In this document: positions 40,263-50,096 of the stretch, in pieces
How positions within the stretch are numbered: the first letter of the stretch is position 1
Layout: each line of letters opens with the position of its first letter
Source of the DNA: an uncultured bacterium
GTDB taxonomy: Bacteria > Patescibacteriota > Dojkabacteria > J137
Length of the DNA: 64,000 nucleotides
NCBI GenBank assembly: GCA_963700155.1
Contig: OY969472.1
Span: 1,000,690-1,064,689 of the forward strand
Direction: 5' to 3'
The notes under the pieces: model-generated
What the model was told of the DNA's origin: nothing
Database searches by the model: none
Seen by the model: only the letters and a program-made list of their open reading frames with translations
Program-made: the position numbers and the translations under genes

Positions 40263-40448
40263 GTATGGTTTACTATTGAGCTATTTAAAGAAAAAAAGTA
40301 TAATTCTTCGCTACATTAAATGGCCCTATCGTCCTCAAGAGATTCTTAGAGAGGCGAATAGAATGAGCCGAACTAAAGAAGATCTTAGTCCCGATGAAAT
40401 CGGGATAACGGTTTGAGGTTTAAAATGATAAAATTGTTGTTGTATAGT

Positions 40449-40520
40449 GGCCCTATCGTCTAACGGTTAGGACAGCAGGTTTTCATCCTGCAAATTCGGG
40501 TTCGATTCCCGGTAGGGTCA
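40449..40520 (+). tRNA. tRNA-Glu (anticodon UUC)
   Basis: Manual fold: GGCCCTA acceptor, D-arm GTCT/GGAC, anticodon arm GCAGG-TTTTCAT-CCTGC, T-arm TTCGATT. It is similar to canonical tRNA-Glu. Confidence 0.85.
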
Positions 40521-40591
40521 TGAGTCCTCCTTTGAGACAGAATTCAGATATATTCATGCTATAATAATATATAAATTATTATTACTCTAAT

Positions 40592-41134
40592 GTGATATCA
40601 CAATTAGAAGCGTGGGGCGGCCCAGAATATGTACCGCCAACTCTTAAAGAATTACTCGAAATGGATGAAGATATATTCAAGCAAGTTCTGACAGATGTTG
40701 AAAGACTCCAGTATTATTACGATAGCAAACCATATAAGTATTTAGGTATTTTGCCTTGGCTAAGAGATACACAATCTCCTGAAACAGTTGAAGAGTATAA
40801 AAGCTTAATTGATAGAAGGAAATGGTTTACACCAAGACCATCGCTTAGATCACTTATTTCTAGTTCATTAATGATCTCTACACTTAGTGCAATAGATAAA
40901 TTATTATCAGTTGGTGATTCACCAGAACTTGAAACAGTTGTATCACTATGTCAATCAGGAAGCCCAGAAAATAAAAAAATGATACTGGAGACAATAAGAA
41001 AAACTATGAGTTATCCTGATATTACTCCAGATCAATATGATGCTTTATATTCTGCCTATAAGTATTTAGAAAAAACATACCCAATAGATACTGTTAGACT
41101 AGCAGCAAGAGAGCGTGGACTATATATGGATTAA
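40592..41134 (+). CDS. Hypothetical protein
   Basis: ORF only. Confidence 0.3.
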   Translation: MISQLEAWGGPEYVPPTLKELLEMDEDIFKQVLTDVERLQYYYDSKPYKYLGILPWLRDTQSPETVEEYKSLIDRRKWFTPRPSLRSLISSSLMISTLSAIDKLLSVGDSPELETVVSLCQSGSPENKKMILETIRKTMSYPDITPDQYDALYSAYKYLEKTYPIDTVRLAARERGLYMD

Positions 41135-41256
41135 TTGCAACCTAAGTAAGAAATAACATTTTAGATTTATTAATCAAAAGATTTAAGTTCGACATCTTAC
41201 CCTTTAGGGTCAAGAATTAATAAAACAAGTTTACTTGTAGAACTATCGATATTAAC

Positions 41257-41847
41257 TCAAGAATTTAAAACATCTTTAGTGATATGTTTCCAAGAATCTT
41301 TTCTAAATATTTTATTTTCCACTTCAAAATTTCTATTCCAGGGTTTTTCTAACAGAAAAACATTTATACCTTTTGCAGCTATATCTTTTGCGTGATGGGG
41401 AGCATCTTCAATAAATAAATCTACTCCAAGGTTTTGACAGACTTCTGATTTCGGAATCATTTTTTGGTTGGGATCTTTTGTAAAGAAATTGGTAAAAACT
41501 ATTTCTTTTATATTTGGAAAATATTTATCTATCCAGTTTTCGGTTATTTGTTGAAGATGCTCCGGTCTAGCAGTAACAGCATATAATTTATGTTTTTTGG
41601 CAAGTCTTTTTATAGATTCTTCAGAATATTCTACTCTGTCGAGGTCAATGAACTCAGGTCTACCATAGAACTCAAAGCAAAGATTAAAAAAATCTATTCT
41701 TTCAATAAACTCAGGAAAACATTGCCTATAATCATATTCAGTAATTTGATCAAATTTAAAGTTTGTTCCAAATTTATTATTGATGTATTTAAGATATGAT
41801 ATATTCCATTGAGCAAGAACATCATCAATATCAACACCTATTGTCAT
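41257..41847 (-). CDS. HAD-superfamily 5'(3')-deoxyribonucleotidase-like
   Basis: The N-terminal MTIGVDIDDVL (DxDxV) HAD motif I is present, with a size near 190 aa. Confidence 0.55.
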   Translation of the reverse strand: MTIGVDIDDVLAQWNISYLKYINNKFGTNFKFDQITEYDYRQCFPEFIERIDFFNLCFEFYGRPEFIDLDRVEYSEESIKRLAKKHKLYAVTARPEHLQQITENWIDKYFPNIKEIVFTNFFTKDPNQKMIPKSEVCQNLGVDLFIEDAPHHAKDIAAKGINVFLLEKPWNRNFEVENKIFRKDSWKHITKDVLNS

Positions 41848-41852
41848 TATTA

Positions 41853-43562
41853 CTAACTTCCAAAAGTAAATGTATTAAGTTTAACACCTTTGTTAAATGT
41901 TAAGTTTAAAACAACATCTCTTTTAAATTCTGGAAGATTTACTAATGTATATAATCTCTCATTTGAGACTGTAACATATCCGTCTGAATCAACATCTGAT
42001 CCTTTATTTGAATTATCGGAAATCTTATTATTTATTTTTACTAAAACTTTTGTAGTAGAATCTGATCCCATAACAAGATAAACATTTTTTGCAGAGAATT
42101 TATAACTTAATTCTGCACCATTTTCTTCAGATTCAGTATTTTCTGATGTTATTTTCCATTTACCACCAAGGCTCCATTGATCAGAATTTAAACTTGTATT
42201 TAATGTATAAGTTGCAGTTTTATTTGGCATAAATTCTCCAAGCATATTTCCAAAGTTAGAACCTTTTTCATAACCTAGATAGGTCTCAGGACTTTGACCT
42301 GAGGAAATTGGAACTTTTATATTTCCTAAATCTGAACCTACATTCAAACCTAATAGATATTGAATTGCTTCTTCAGTTTCATCATAGTTACCTTCACCGA
42401 AGTGTGTATTTCTTACCTTCCCGTTTTTATCTATAAGATATTCTGCTGGCCAGTACTGATTATTAAAAGCCTGCCAAGTTCCATAATTATTATCTTGGGC
42501 TATTGGATATGTAATTCCATTGTCTTTTGCGAATTTTGTTACATTATCAGTTAGTTTTTCAAAAGAAAATTCTGGAGTGTGTACTCCAATTACAATAAAA
42601 CCATCATTCTTGTATTTGTTGTACCAGTCTTTTACATAAGGTAAAGTTCTTATGCAATTAATACAAGTATATGTCCAAAAATCAACTAAAACTACTTTCC
42701 CTTTTAAATCAGAAATTTTTAATGGCTGAGAATTTATCCAGTTATCTATTCCTTTAAATTCAGGTGCATTATATGGCTGTTCAACATTTAATTTTGTTGA
42801 ATTAGTAGAATCAGTACTGGTCTGCTGATCCTGGCTTGGTTGTTGAGTATTTAATAAATTTTGTTCTATCTTAGTTTCATCTAAAAAGCCTTGATCTAAA
42901 AGGTAAGTTTGGATCTGTTTATCTATCCCAGTTATTATTAATATTCCAATTATAATGAATACAATACCTAAAATTTTCTTAAACTTCCCATTCGGATTAA
43001 CTGCCCATCCAAGTTTTTGGATAATCTTTTGTCCAAATATTGTTACCAGCAATAAAGTTGCTGCCATTCCTAAAACGTAAATTAATAAGTTGGCTACACC
43101 TGAAGTGAAGTTTAATGGAAGAATCGTAGCTACTATTATTGCATATGTTGGGCTGCAGCTCGAAAAGACCGGCCCCAGAGCTGCTCCAATCAAAATATTA
43201 CCTGCCATGCCTTTTCGAGCTGCAGCGTCATTCAATACGTCATCACTTCTATTTTGTAGTTTTAATTGAATTGATATTTTTGTCCATAATTCAGGAAAAA
43301 GTGTAAAAATACCAAAAAGTAAAATTATTCCTCCTGAAAGTATATTCCAGAATTCCTGAGGAACTTGGATTAACAATGTTGATGCTTTTAATATCAAGGT
43401 AAATATAAATACAGAAACTGATAGTGATCCTATAATAATTAACGAACGTTTAAATTTAGAATTTTGTAAAGTACCTGCAAGTATTACAGGAAGTAATGTA
43501 AAAACGCATGGAGCGAATACAGTTAAAACTCCCGCAATAAATGATAATAAAAAATACTCCAT
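41853..43562 (-). CDS. CcdA/DsbD-type membrane thiol-disulfide transporter fused to TlpA/ResA-like thioredoxin domain and C-terminal beta-rich domain
   Basis: The N-terminal CcdA signature is FAPCVFTLLPV. After the TM block there is a thioredoxin fold with the CxxC VLVDFWTYTCINCIRTLP. Confidence 0.75.
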   Translation of the reverse strand: MEYFLLSFIAGVLTVFAPCVFTLLPVILAGTLQNSKFKRSLIIIGSLSVSVFIFTLILKASTLLIQVPQEFWNILSGGIILLFGIFTLFPELWTKISIQLKLQNRSDDVLNDAAARKGMAGNILIGAALGPVFSSCSPTYAIIVATILPLNFTSGVANLLIYVLGMAATLLLVTIFGQKIIQKLGWAVNPNGKFKKILGIVFIIIGILIITGIDKQIQTYLLDQGFLDETKIEQNLLNTQQPSQDQQTSTDSTNSTKLNVEQPYNAPEFKGIDNWINSQPLKISDLKGKVVLVDFWTYTCINCIRTLPYVKDWYNKYKNDGFIVIGVHTPEFSFEKLTDNVTKFAKDNGITYPIAQDNNYGTWQAFNNQYWPAEYLIDKNGKVRNTHFGEGNYDETEEAIQYLLGLNVGSDLGNIKVPISSGQSPETYLGYEKGSNFGNMLGEFMPNKTATYTLNTSLNSDQWSLGGKWKITSENTESEENGAELSYKFSAKNVYLVMGSDSTTKVLVKINNKISDNSNKGSDVDSDGYVTVSNERLYTLVNLPEFKRDVVLNLTFNKGVKLNTFTFGS

Positions 43563-43674
43563 GATTAATATTTTTATTTATTATCTTTTTAGTTTAAAGG
43601 TCATTTATTAAAACTGTCAATTTAAATCTTTTTGGTAAAACAGTAGTTCGTGTATAATAAATTATATTTTTTAT

Positions 43675-44259
43675 TTGCACTTTATGTTTAATAAGAAATT
43701 TCTTGTAAAAGTCTTTTTTACATGGTTACCTTTTGCGGTTATGTTGACTCTTGTCTCAGGACTGATTTATCTTGCAGTTCAACAATCATTAAGAAGTTCT
43801 GCAGTAAATCCACAAATGCAAATTGCTGAAGATGAAGCGAATAAACTTGCTGAAAGTAGTTCCAGTACAGGTTATGTTACAACTTTAGATACTATTGATA
43901 TTTCGAAAAGTTTATCACCATATGTAATAGTTTTTGATGATAATTATAATGTTAACTTTTCAACAGCATTATTAAATAATAATACTCCAATACCTCCTGA
44001 TGGTGTTTTTGAGTACACTAAAGCAAATGGTTTGGACACGATAACTTGGGAACCTCAAAAAGGAGTTAGAAGTGTTATAGTTGTTCAGCATTTTGAGGGT
44101 AAGAATTCAGGATATGTATTGGTAGGAAGATCTTTGAGGCAAATAGAACTTACAGAAGATCATATAATGATATTAATTTTTGTTGGGTGGTTGGCATCGC
44201 TTTTTTGCATGCTTGTTGCAATAGTGTTTATAAAGTTTTTAGAGCCTAAAGAGAAATAA
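43675..44259 (+). CDS. Hypothetical bitopic membrane protein
   Basis: It has N- and C-terminal hydrophobic segments. Confidence 0.35.
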   Translation: MHFMFNKKFLVKVFFTWLPFAVMLTLVSGLIYLAVQQSLRSSAVNPQMQIAEDEANKLAESSSSTGYVTTLDTIDISKSLSPYVIVFDDNYNVNFSTALLNNNTPIPPDGVFEYTKANGLDTITWEPQKGVRSVIVVQHFEGKNSGYVLVGRSLRQIELTEDHIMILIFVGWLASLFCMLVAIVFIKFLEPKEK

Positions 44260-44319
44260 TTTTACAATATAATATTTTCAGTACTATAATTCATAAAATT
44301 ATTTTATTAAAAAACTTTT

Positions 44320-44574
44320 ATGGAAAATACTGAACATGAAATAGAACAAGATTATAATATTGTGACAGCAGATGATCTTATTAATTTTATAATTACTAAC
44401 TGCGGTGTCGAACTAACTATAGATGAGTTAAAAGAGAGGCTTGCCTCTAATAACTTACCTCTCTTCAATTGTATACAAAGTTCAAGAAAAAACATTTATT
44501 TACTTGTTAAAGATGCTCCATCGTGGGGAGTTCTTAACAGCGAAGAATGGGGCTGGGTGAAGCTCGATGATTAA
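44320..44574 (+). CDS. Hypothetical small protein
   Basis: ORF only. Confidence 0.3.
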   Translation: MENTEHEIEQDYNIVTADDLINFIITNCGVELTIDELKERLASNNLPLFNCIQSSRKNIYLLVKDAPSWGVLNSEEWGWVKLDD

Positions 44575-44642
44575 TTGAACAAATGTTGCTTAGCATATTC
44601 TATTTATGGTAAAGTAATTTACTATTTGTTATATAAATTAGT

Positions 44643-45104
44643 ATGGCAGTAGTAGAAAGAGATGAGTGGAATAAACTTCAAGTTATTAAGTTAGATGGCT
44701 GGACTATTTCTGTTTCAGGTTCCCAACATGTTTTAGGATGGCTTATACTTCAACCTCCGAAAAAAGTTGAAGGTTCAATTGTTAATTTACCTGATGAAGA
44801 GCTGCTTAATTTTAAAAAAATAGGTTTATTAAGTGAGGAAGTTCTAAACGAGTTATTCAATCCAGATTTATTTAATTACTCTGTCACTGGTAACGTAATT
44901 AAAGATTTACACATTCATTTGCAACCAAGATATTCTTCTCCAAGAGAATTTTCAGGGTATAGATTTGTTGATGAAAACTGGGGTCGTGCAGTAAGATTCT
45001 TACCTTATGAACGACTACCACAAAAAGAAGTGGTGTTTGATTTGGTTGATACCTTAAAACAATCTTTTAATAAAAAAGATCTTAGTGAATTCAAAGTAAA
45101 ATAA
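44643..45104 (+). CDS. HIT-family-like hydrolase
   Basis: A histidine-triad-like motif, DLHIHLQPR, is near the C-terminal third. Confidence 0.45.
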   Translation: MAVVERDEWNKLQVIKLDGWTISVSGSQHVLGWLILQPPKKVEGSIVNLPDEELLNFKKIGLLSEEVLNELFNPDLFNYSVTGNVIKDLHIHLQPRYSSPREFSGYRFVDENWGRAVRFLPYERLPQKEVVFDLVDTLKQSFNKKDLSEFKVK

Positions 45105-45192
45105 ATATTTCGATAATCTTTCAAAATTAATTCACTTTATATTCATAAAATTACTATATAAATATATCTAGCTAATTTGTGAATTTTATAAT

Positions 45193-45699
45193 ATGAATTC
45201 AGAAGAAAAAAATACACTTCCTGTTGTAATCGCAGGTGTGATATTAATAGTTGTAATCTCTATAGGTATTTTATTATTCCTTAATAATAGAAATACAACA
45301 ACTAACAATACATTATCTGCTAATACATATACTTCAACAGGATCATCTCAAGTCTATTCTAGGGGAAATGGAATGATGGGAGGTAATTCAATAATGAATT
45401 TTAAAGATGGGTCGTATAATGCTTCAGGAAGTTATTTTGCACCATCAGGATATGAAACTATTGGTGTTCAAATTGGTGTTTCCAAAGGTATTATTAGTTC
45501 AGTTTCTATAACTCCAGATAGTAATGATTTCCAATCATTAAGATATCAACAGAGATTTATGGATGGATTGAACTCTTTAGTAGTTGGGAAATCTCTTGAT
45601 CAAGCATATATTTATGGAAGAGTGAATGGAGCTTCTTTAACACCATTAGGTTTTAATAATGCATTAGATCAGATTATTCAACAGTCAAAGATAAATTGA
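45193..45699 (+). CDS. Hypothetical secreted/anchored protein
   Basis: It has an N-terminal TM or signal peptide. Confidence 0.35.
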   Translation: MNSEEKNTLPVVIAGVILIVVISIGILLFLNNRNTTTNNTLSANTYTSTGSSQVYSRGNGMMGGNSIMNFKDGSYNASGSYFAPSGYETIGVQIGVSKGIISSVSITPDSNDFQSLRYQQRFMDGLNSLVVGKSLDQAYIYGRVNGASLTPLGFNNALDQIIQQSKIN

Positions 45700-45743
45700 T
45701 AATATAGAGCAAGGTTTAGAAATAATTTAAAAAGAAAAATCAA

Positions 45744-47075
45744 ATGAAAAATAGAAAAAAGCTGCTTTACTCTATAATTATTATTTCATTTATTCCAATA
45801 GGAATCCTTCCTTTTTTTATTTTACCCAATAGTATCTATATATTGCCTGAAGATTTAGTTGTTGTAGTTGGTTCATGGTTAGGTCTTTTCGCATATATGT
45901 TAATTTTCTGGCAATACGTTCTTGGAGTAAAAGCAATTACAATAAGATTTACCAGTGACATTATTACAGTCAATAAATTGCATCAAACACTTGGGATTTA
46001 CGGGTTTTTTCTAATAATCACTCATCCAGTTTTGATCTTTCTAGGATATTTCTTTGAGTTAGGTCAGAATGTTATTAATCTTAACTTTGATACTACTTTA
46101 AATATTGCAGTTAAATTTGGGGAACTTGCAGTAACAATGATCATAATTAACTGGCTTTTAAGTTATTATTTTAGATCTAAAATATCGTTCAGATGGTGGA
46201 AGAGAATACATTTATTCAATTATATTATCCTTGTATTTGTAGCACTTCATGCTCGTGAAATTGGTACTTTTTTGCAGGACCCTACTCTAGCGCTTTATTT
46301 TAAATTCATATTCTTTTTATTTGTACTTATTTTTATATACAGGTTAGGAAAACAATTTGGAATTTTTAAATATAAATATAAAGTTACAAACGTTCAGCAG
46401 ATTACTCATGATGTAGTTCAATTGAGTTTCGCCCCTACTAACAGTAGGAATTTTATTGATCCTTTACCAGGACAGTTTATTGAGATACAAATTAATAAAT
46501 GGGGTGAAACTCATCCATTCACTGTTTCTGAGTATGACAATAGTAGTAAGATATTATCTATTTCACCTAAAGATTCTGGTAAATTCAGTCACTTGGTACA
46601 AAATGTTAAATTAGGTCAGGAAGTATATTTAGATGGTCCTTATGGTGTTTTTACTAAAGAATTATATAAAAAGAATATCAAAAATGTAGTTTTAATCGCT
46701 GGAGGAATTGGTATAACACCTTTCTTAAGATTATTAGATTATTTTGAATTGAATCCTAATATTTTTGATAAATTATATTTATTTTATGGTAATAAAACTG
46801 TAAATGACATTGCATACAATAATAAAATTAAATATTTAAAGAATTTTAAAAATTTTAGAATAATTAATGTACTAAGTAATGATGAAGATGAAAGTTCTTT
46901 ATTTGAGCATGGTTATATTACAACAGAACTTATTAAAACATATTTAAGTAGTGATTTGAATAATTTTAAGTTTTTTGTATGTGGACCACCGGTAATGATG
47001 TCAATAATAAACAAAGATTTAATATCCAATGGAATTCATAAGGAAAATATATTCTTCGAAAAATTTAGCTGGTAA
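45744..47075 (+). CDS. Ferric-reductase-like transmembrane domain fused to FAD/NAD(P)-binding FNR-like module
   Basis: It has 6 TM helices with His residues, then QFIEIQIN...HPFTV (FAD-binding RxYS-like) and GGIGITPF (NAD-binding). Confidence 0.7.
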   Translation: MKNRKKLLYSIIIISFIPIGILPFFILPNSIYILPEDLVVVVGSWLGLFAYMLIFWQYVLGVKAITIRFTSDIITVNKLHQTLGIYGFFLIITHPVLIFLGYFFELGQNVINLNFDTTLNIAVKFGELAVTMIIINWLLSYYFRSKISFRWWKRIHLFNYIILVFVALHAREIGTFLQDPTLALYFKFIFFLFVLIFIYRLGKQFGIFKYKYKVTNVQQITHDVVQLSFAPTNSRNFIDPLPGQFIEIQINKWGETHPFTVSEYDNSSKILSISPKDSGKFSHLVQNVKLGQEVYLDGPYGVFTKELYKKNIKNVVLIAGGIGITPFLRLLDYFELNPNIFDKLYLFYGNKTVNDIAYNNKIKYLKNFKNFRIINVLSNDEDESSLFEHGYITTELIKTYLSSDLNNFKFFVCGPPVMMSIINKDLISNGIHKENIFFEKFSW

Positions 47076-47297
47076 TTGTTAGACTTTCCGGAATAAAATA
47101 ACATGTCTATACATGATATAGTTCTAAGCTATTTAGAATATAGTTGCAATACTGTTAAAAGTAATATATGCTTCAAGTAGTATTGATTTATAGAGCTCTC
47201 TAAATTAGTAACTGATAATATATAATAATTATTTATTGTCAGAAAATATTGGTTTTAGAGTGGCTATAAAGATTATTTTATTTATTATTTTATATTT

Positions 47298-47555
47298 ATG
47301 GACTTCCCAAAAATGCATTTAAGCCCATTGGACTGGTTGATGTTAGTATTGCTTGTAATCGGAGGCTTAAATTGGGGTCTAGTTGGTTTATTTCAGTATG
47401 ATTTAGTTGCTACAATTTTTGGTACTGGAACAACTGTAGCTAATATTGTTTATGTAGTTGTTGGTGTCTCTGCATTATATTTTGTTGTAAGAGCAGTCAT
47501 GGAGATGGGTATGGGATCATCCTCATCAATGCCAATGGACAATAAACCTATGTAA
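47298..47555 (+). CDS. DUF378-family small membrane protein
   Basis: GGLNWGLVGLFQYDLVATIFG is the characteristic DUF378 core. Confidence 0.55.
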   Translation: MDFPKMHLSPLDWLMLVLLVIGGLNWGLVGLFQYDLVATIFGTGTTVANIVYVVVGVSALYFVVRAVMEMGMGSSSSMPMDNKPM

Positions 47556-47575
47556 GTTAAATTTAACATTTGATA

Positions 47576-47602
47576 AGCGCCCTTCCAGGGCGCTTTCTTT
47601 TG
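47576..47602 (+). terminator. Rho-independent terminator
   Basis: AGCGCCC-ttcca-GGGCGCT forms a 7-bp GC stem followed by TTTCTTTT. Confidence 0.6.
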
Positions 47603-47632
47603 GATTTTAATTTAGTAGTGTTAGAATTTATT

Positions 47633-48187
47633 ATGGATACAAAAATTTTGGATTCAACTTCAGATTATCTAACAAGATTTCCTAAAGGGTATAACGATTA
47701 TGGTATGGAACAAGTGGGCTTGAACCAATGGGGAATTGAACTTGATAAAAGATATAAATTACTTCTAGATGTTGCTATATATAATTTTGATGAGCTTACA
47801 TTTGATATTGCGAAAAATCTTTTTCATAGTTACTTATTAGCTAGATTATATTGCTCTAGAACTTATATGTGTGAAGATGGAGTTTTTACAGATTTTAATT
47901 TAGATAGTTTTGATGTTCTTGTAAAACCTATGATTGATTCACTTAATAAGTTAGAAAAGGGTAAACCTGAAACATACGATGAATTTGAAAAATTTTTGAC
48001 AGAAATAATTAAAAATAATTATTCTAGAGCTGAAAAGTATATAAAAAACAAAAGAATTAAGGCTAAAAAATTTGGTTATCGATTAGATGAATATTTGGAT
48101 ATTATTAGTAAAATTCGAAGAGAAGCAGATGCTTATAAAATATATTACAAAATACTTTTTGGTAAAGAATTTTACCTTGAAAGTTAA
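47633..48187 (+). CDS. Hypothetical protein (start moved to internal ATG of track ORF 47570..48187)
   Basis: The track ORF begins inside the terminator hairpin. An in-frame ATG at 47633 is the more plausible start. Confidence 0.35.
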   Translation: MDTKILDSTSDYLTRFPKGYNDYGMEQVGLNQWGIELDKRYKLLLDVAIYNFDELTFDIAKNLFHSYLLARLYCSRTYMCEDGVFTDFNLDSFDVLVKPMIDSLNKLEKGKPETYDEFEKFLTEIIKNNYSRAEKYIKNKRIKAKKFGYRLDEYLDIISKIRREADAYKIYYKILFGKEFYLES

Positions 48188-48193
48188 TAAATG

Positions 48194-48202
48194 TGGTATA
48201 AT
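48194..48202 (+). promoter_or_regulatory. Extended -10 promoter element (TGgTATAAT)
   Basis: TGGTATAAT lies ~105 nt upstream of the helicase ORF. AT-rich background makes this weak evidence. Confidence 0.3.
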
Positions 48203-48306
48203 ATGAGGTTCGTTCAAAGTAGATTTCGAGTTGAAGATAGGTTTAAGGCTACGTGTTCAAGCTTTCAAAAATAATTTAATTCTCGGTCATCTATTTTGTA
48301 CCACCG

Positions 48307-49590
48307 GTGATTCCGGAATTAAATTATTATTATAATCATATGTACAAAACAAGTACGTTTTCTAGATCTTATGGATCTAGTTCATATAAGTCTGGCTATA
48401 AAAGCTCAGGCAATTTCAGTAGGTCTAGAAACTTTGGCAATAGAGGAAGTTTTTCAAGAGGCAGAAGTAATTATGGAAGAAAAACTGCAAAAATCTCTCC
48501 AGAAAAATATATTTTTAAAGCACCAGAAGTTGTTGAATCAGCTAGTTATGAGGCTAAATATAAATTTTCAGATTTTGATATTATTGAAGGTTTAAAAAAG
48601 AATATTGAAAAAAAAGGATATGAATATCCTACAAAAATTCAAGATGAAACTATTCCTTTAATACTTGAAGGAAAAGATTTAATCGGTTTAGCAAGTACTG
48701 GCTCAGGCAAAACAGCTGCTTTCTTAATTCCAATGATTAACAAAGTATATAAAATACATGGACAGCAAGTTTTAATAATCACTCCTACCAGAGAGTTAGC
48801 TATGCAAATAGATGATGAATTTAAGAGCTTTGCTGCTGGATCTGGAATAAGATCCGTTGTAGTTATAGGAGGAGCAAGCATGACAAGGCAGATGTATGAA
48901 TTGAAAAGAAACCCTCAATTTGTTATTGGAACCCCAGGAAGATTAAAAGATCTTTTTGAAAGAGATGCTTTAAAACTTGAAATGTTTAATAACATTATTC
49001 TTGATGAAGTAGATAGAATGTTGGATATGGGATTTGTAGATGAGATAAAATATTTAATCTCTAAACTTCAAAGATATAAGCAATCATTATTCTTTTCTGC
49101 AACAATGTCAAAAGATGTAGAAAGTGTTGCTTCTAAATTATTGATTTCTCCAATTACAATAAAAGCAGAAATCCAATCTTCATCAAAAAATGTTGATCAA
49201 GATATTGTAAGATTAAAACCTCATGATGATAAAGTTGAAGTTTTACATGATATTTTAATAAAAGAAGAAGTTAGTAAGGTATTAATTTTCTCAAAAACTA
49301 AAAGAGGTGTAGACAAACTTACAGATAAACTTTTAGAAAGAGGATTTAAAGTTGATTCAATTCATGGTGATAAGCCACAAAATAAAAGAGATAGAGTTAT
49401 ATCAAAATTTAAGCAAAATAATATTAATATTTTAGTAGCAACTGACGTTGCTGCAAGAGGTATTGATATTCCAGACATCTCTCATGTAATAAATTTTGAT
49501 GAACCTGCAACTTTTGAGGATTACATTCACAGAATTGGTAGAACTGGAAGATATAATAAAAAAGGTAAAGCTTTAACTTTTATTGGCTAA
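48307..49590 (+). CDS. DEAD-box ATP-dependent RNA helicase
   Basis: It has the Q motif (TKIQDETIP) and motifs I ASTGSGKT, II DEVDRM, III SAT and VI HRIGRTGR. There is an N-terminal RG/SY-rich low-complexity extension, and the start could be a downstream Met. Confidence 0.9.
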   Translation: MIPELNYYYNHMYKTSTFSRSYGSSSYKSGYKSSGNFSRSRNFGNRGSFSRGRSNYGRKTAKISPEKYIFKAPEVVESASYEAKYKFSDFDIIEGLKKNIEKKGYEYPTKIQDETIPLILEGKDLIGLASTGSGKTAAFLIPMINKVYKIHGQQVLIITPTRELAMQIDDEFKSFAAGSGIRSVVVIGGASMTRQMYELKRNPQFVIGTPGRLKDLFERDALKLEMFNNIILDEVDRMLDMGFVDEIKYLISKLQRYKQSLFFSATMSKDVESVASKLLISPITIKAEIQSSSKNVDQDIVRLKPHDDKVEVLHDILIKEEVSKVLIFSKTKRGVDKLTDKLLERGFKVDSIHGDKPQNKRDRVISKFKQNNINILVATDVAARGIDIPDISHVINFDEPATFEDYIHRIGRTGRYNKKGKALTFIG

Positions 49591-49934
49591 TTTTCAGCGA
49601 TAACTATTCCATTAATATCACAATAAGTTAATGGAATGCTTTGAATTGTTAATTCTTTAACTATTAATTTTTGTATCTCATATCCATAAAGGATATCTTT
49701 TTTTAACATTGAATCAAGAATTTCAATTACTTTACTCAAATATTCTTTTGGAAAATCTATTTCTCCAACACCAAACATAAGCAATTCTTCAATTTCACTA
49801 GTATCGTTATTAAAAAAAACACTATATTTATCGGGATCATCATTATTTGCCGATTCTGAAATAATAACATCGCCCCACAAAGTGTGATAAGTAACTGGAA
49901 GGGAATTTATTTTATCCTCAAGTGTTTTATCCAT
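49587..49934 (-). CDS. Hypothetical protein
   Basis: ORF only. Confidence 0.3.
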   Translation of the reverse strand: MDKTLEDKINSLPVTYHTLWGDVIISESANNDDPDKYSVFFNNDTSEIEELLMFGVGEIDFPKEYLSKVIEILDSMLKKDILYGYEIQKLIVKELTIQSIPLTYCDINGIVIAEN

Positions 49935-50096
49935 AAATCAAAAATAACAGATAATATAATTTATATATAATTACTAACTTTTTGTAAAGGATAAAATTTT
50001 TATCTTGTGAATTTTAGATGAATATTCTTTTGTTTTCTTGACAGAAGGAATTTGTGCCGATAGAATTAGAAAAATTTAGTTATTAATTTCTTTAAT

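Noticed and set aside
47570-47632. N-terminal 21 codons of track ORF 47570..48187
   Set aside because: They overlap the rho-independent terminator hairpin of the upstream gene. An in-frame ATG at 47633 with upstream A-rich spacer is the more plausible start.
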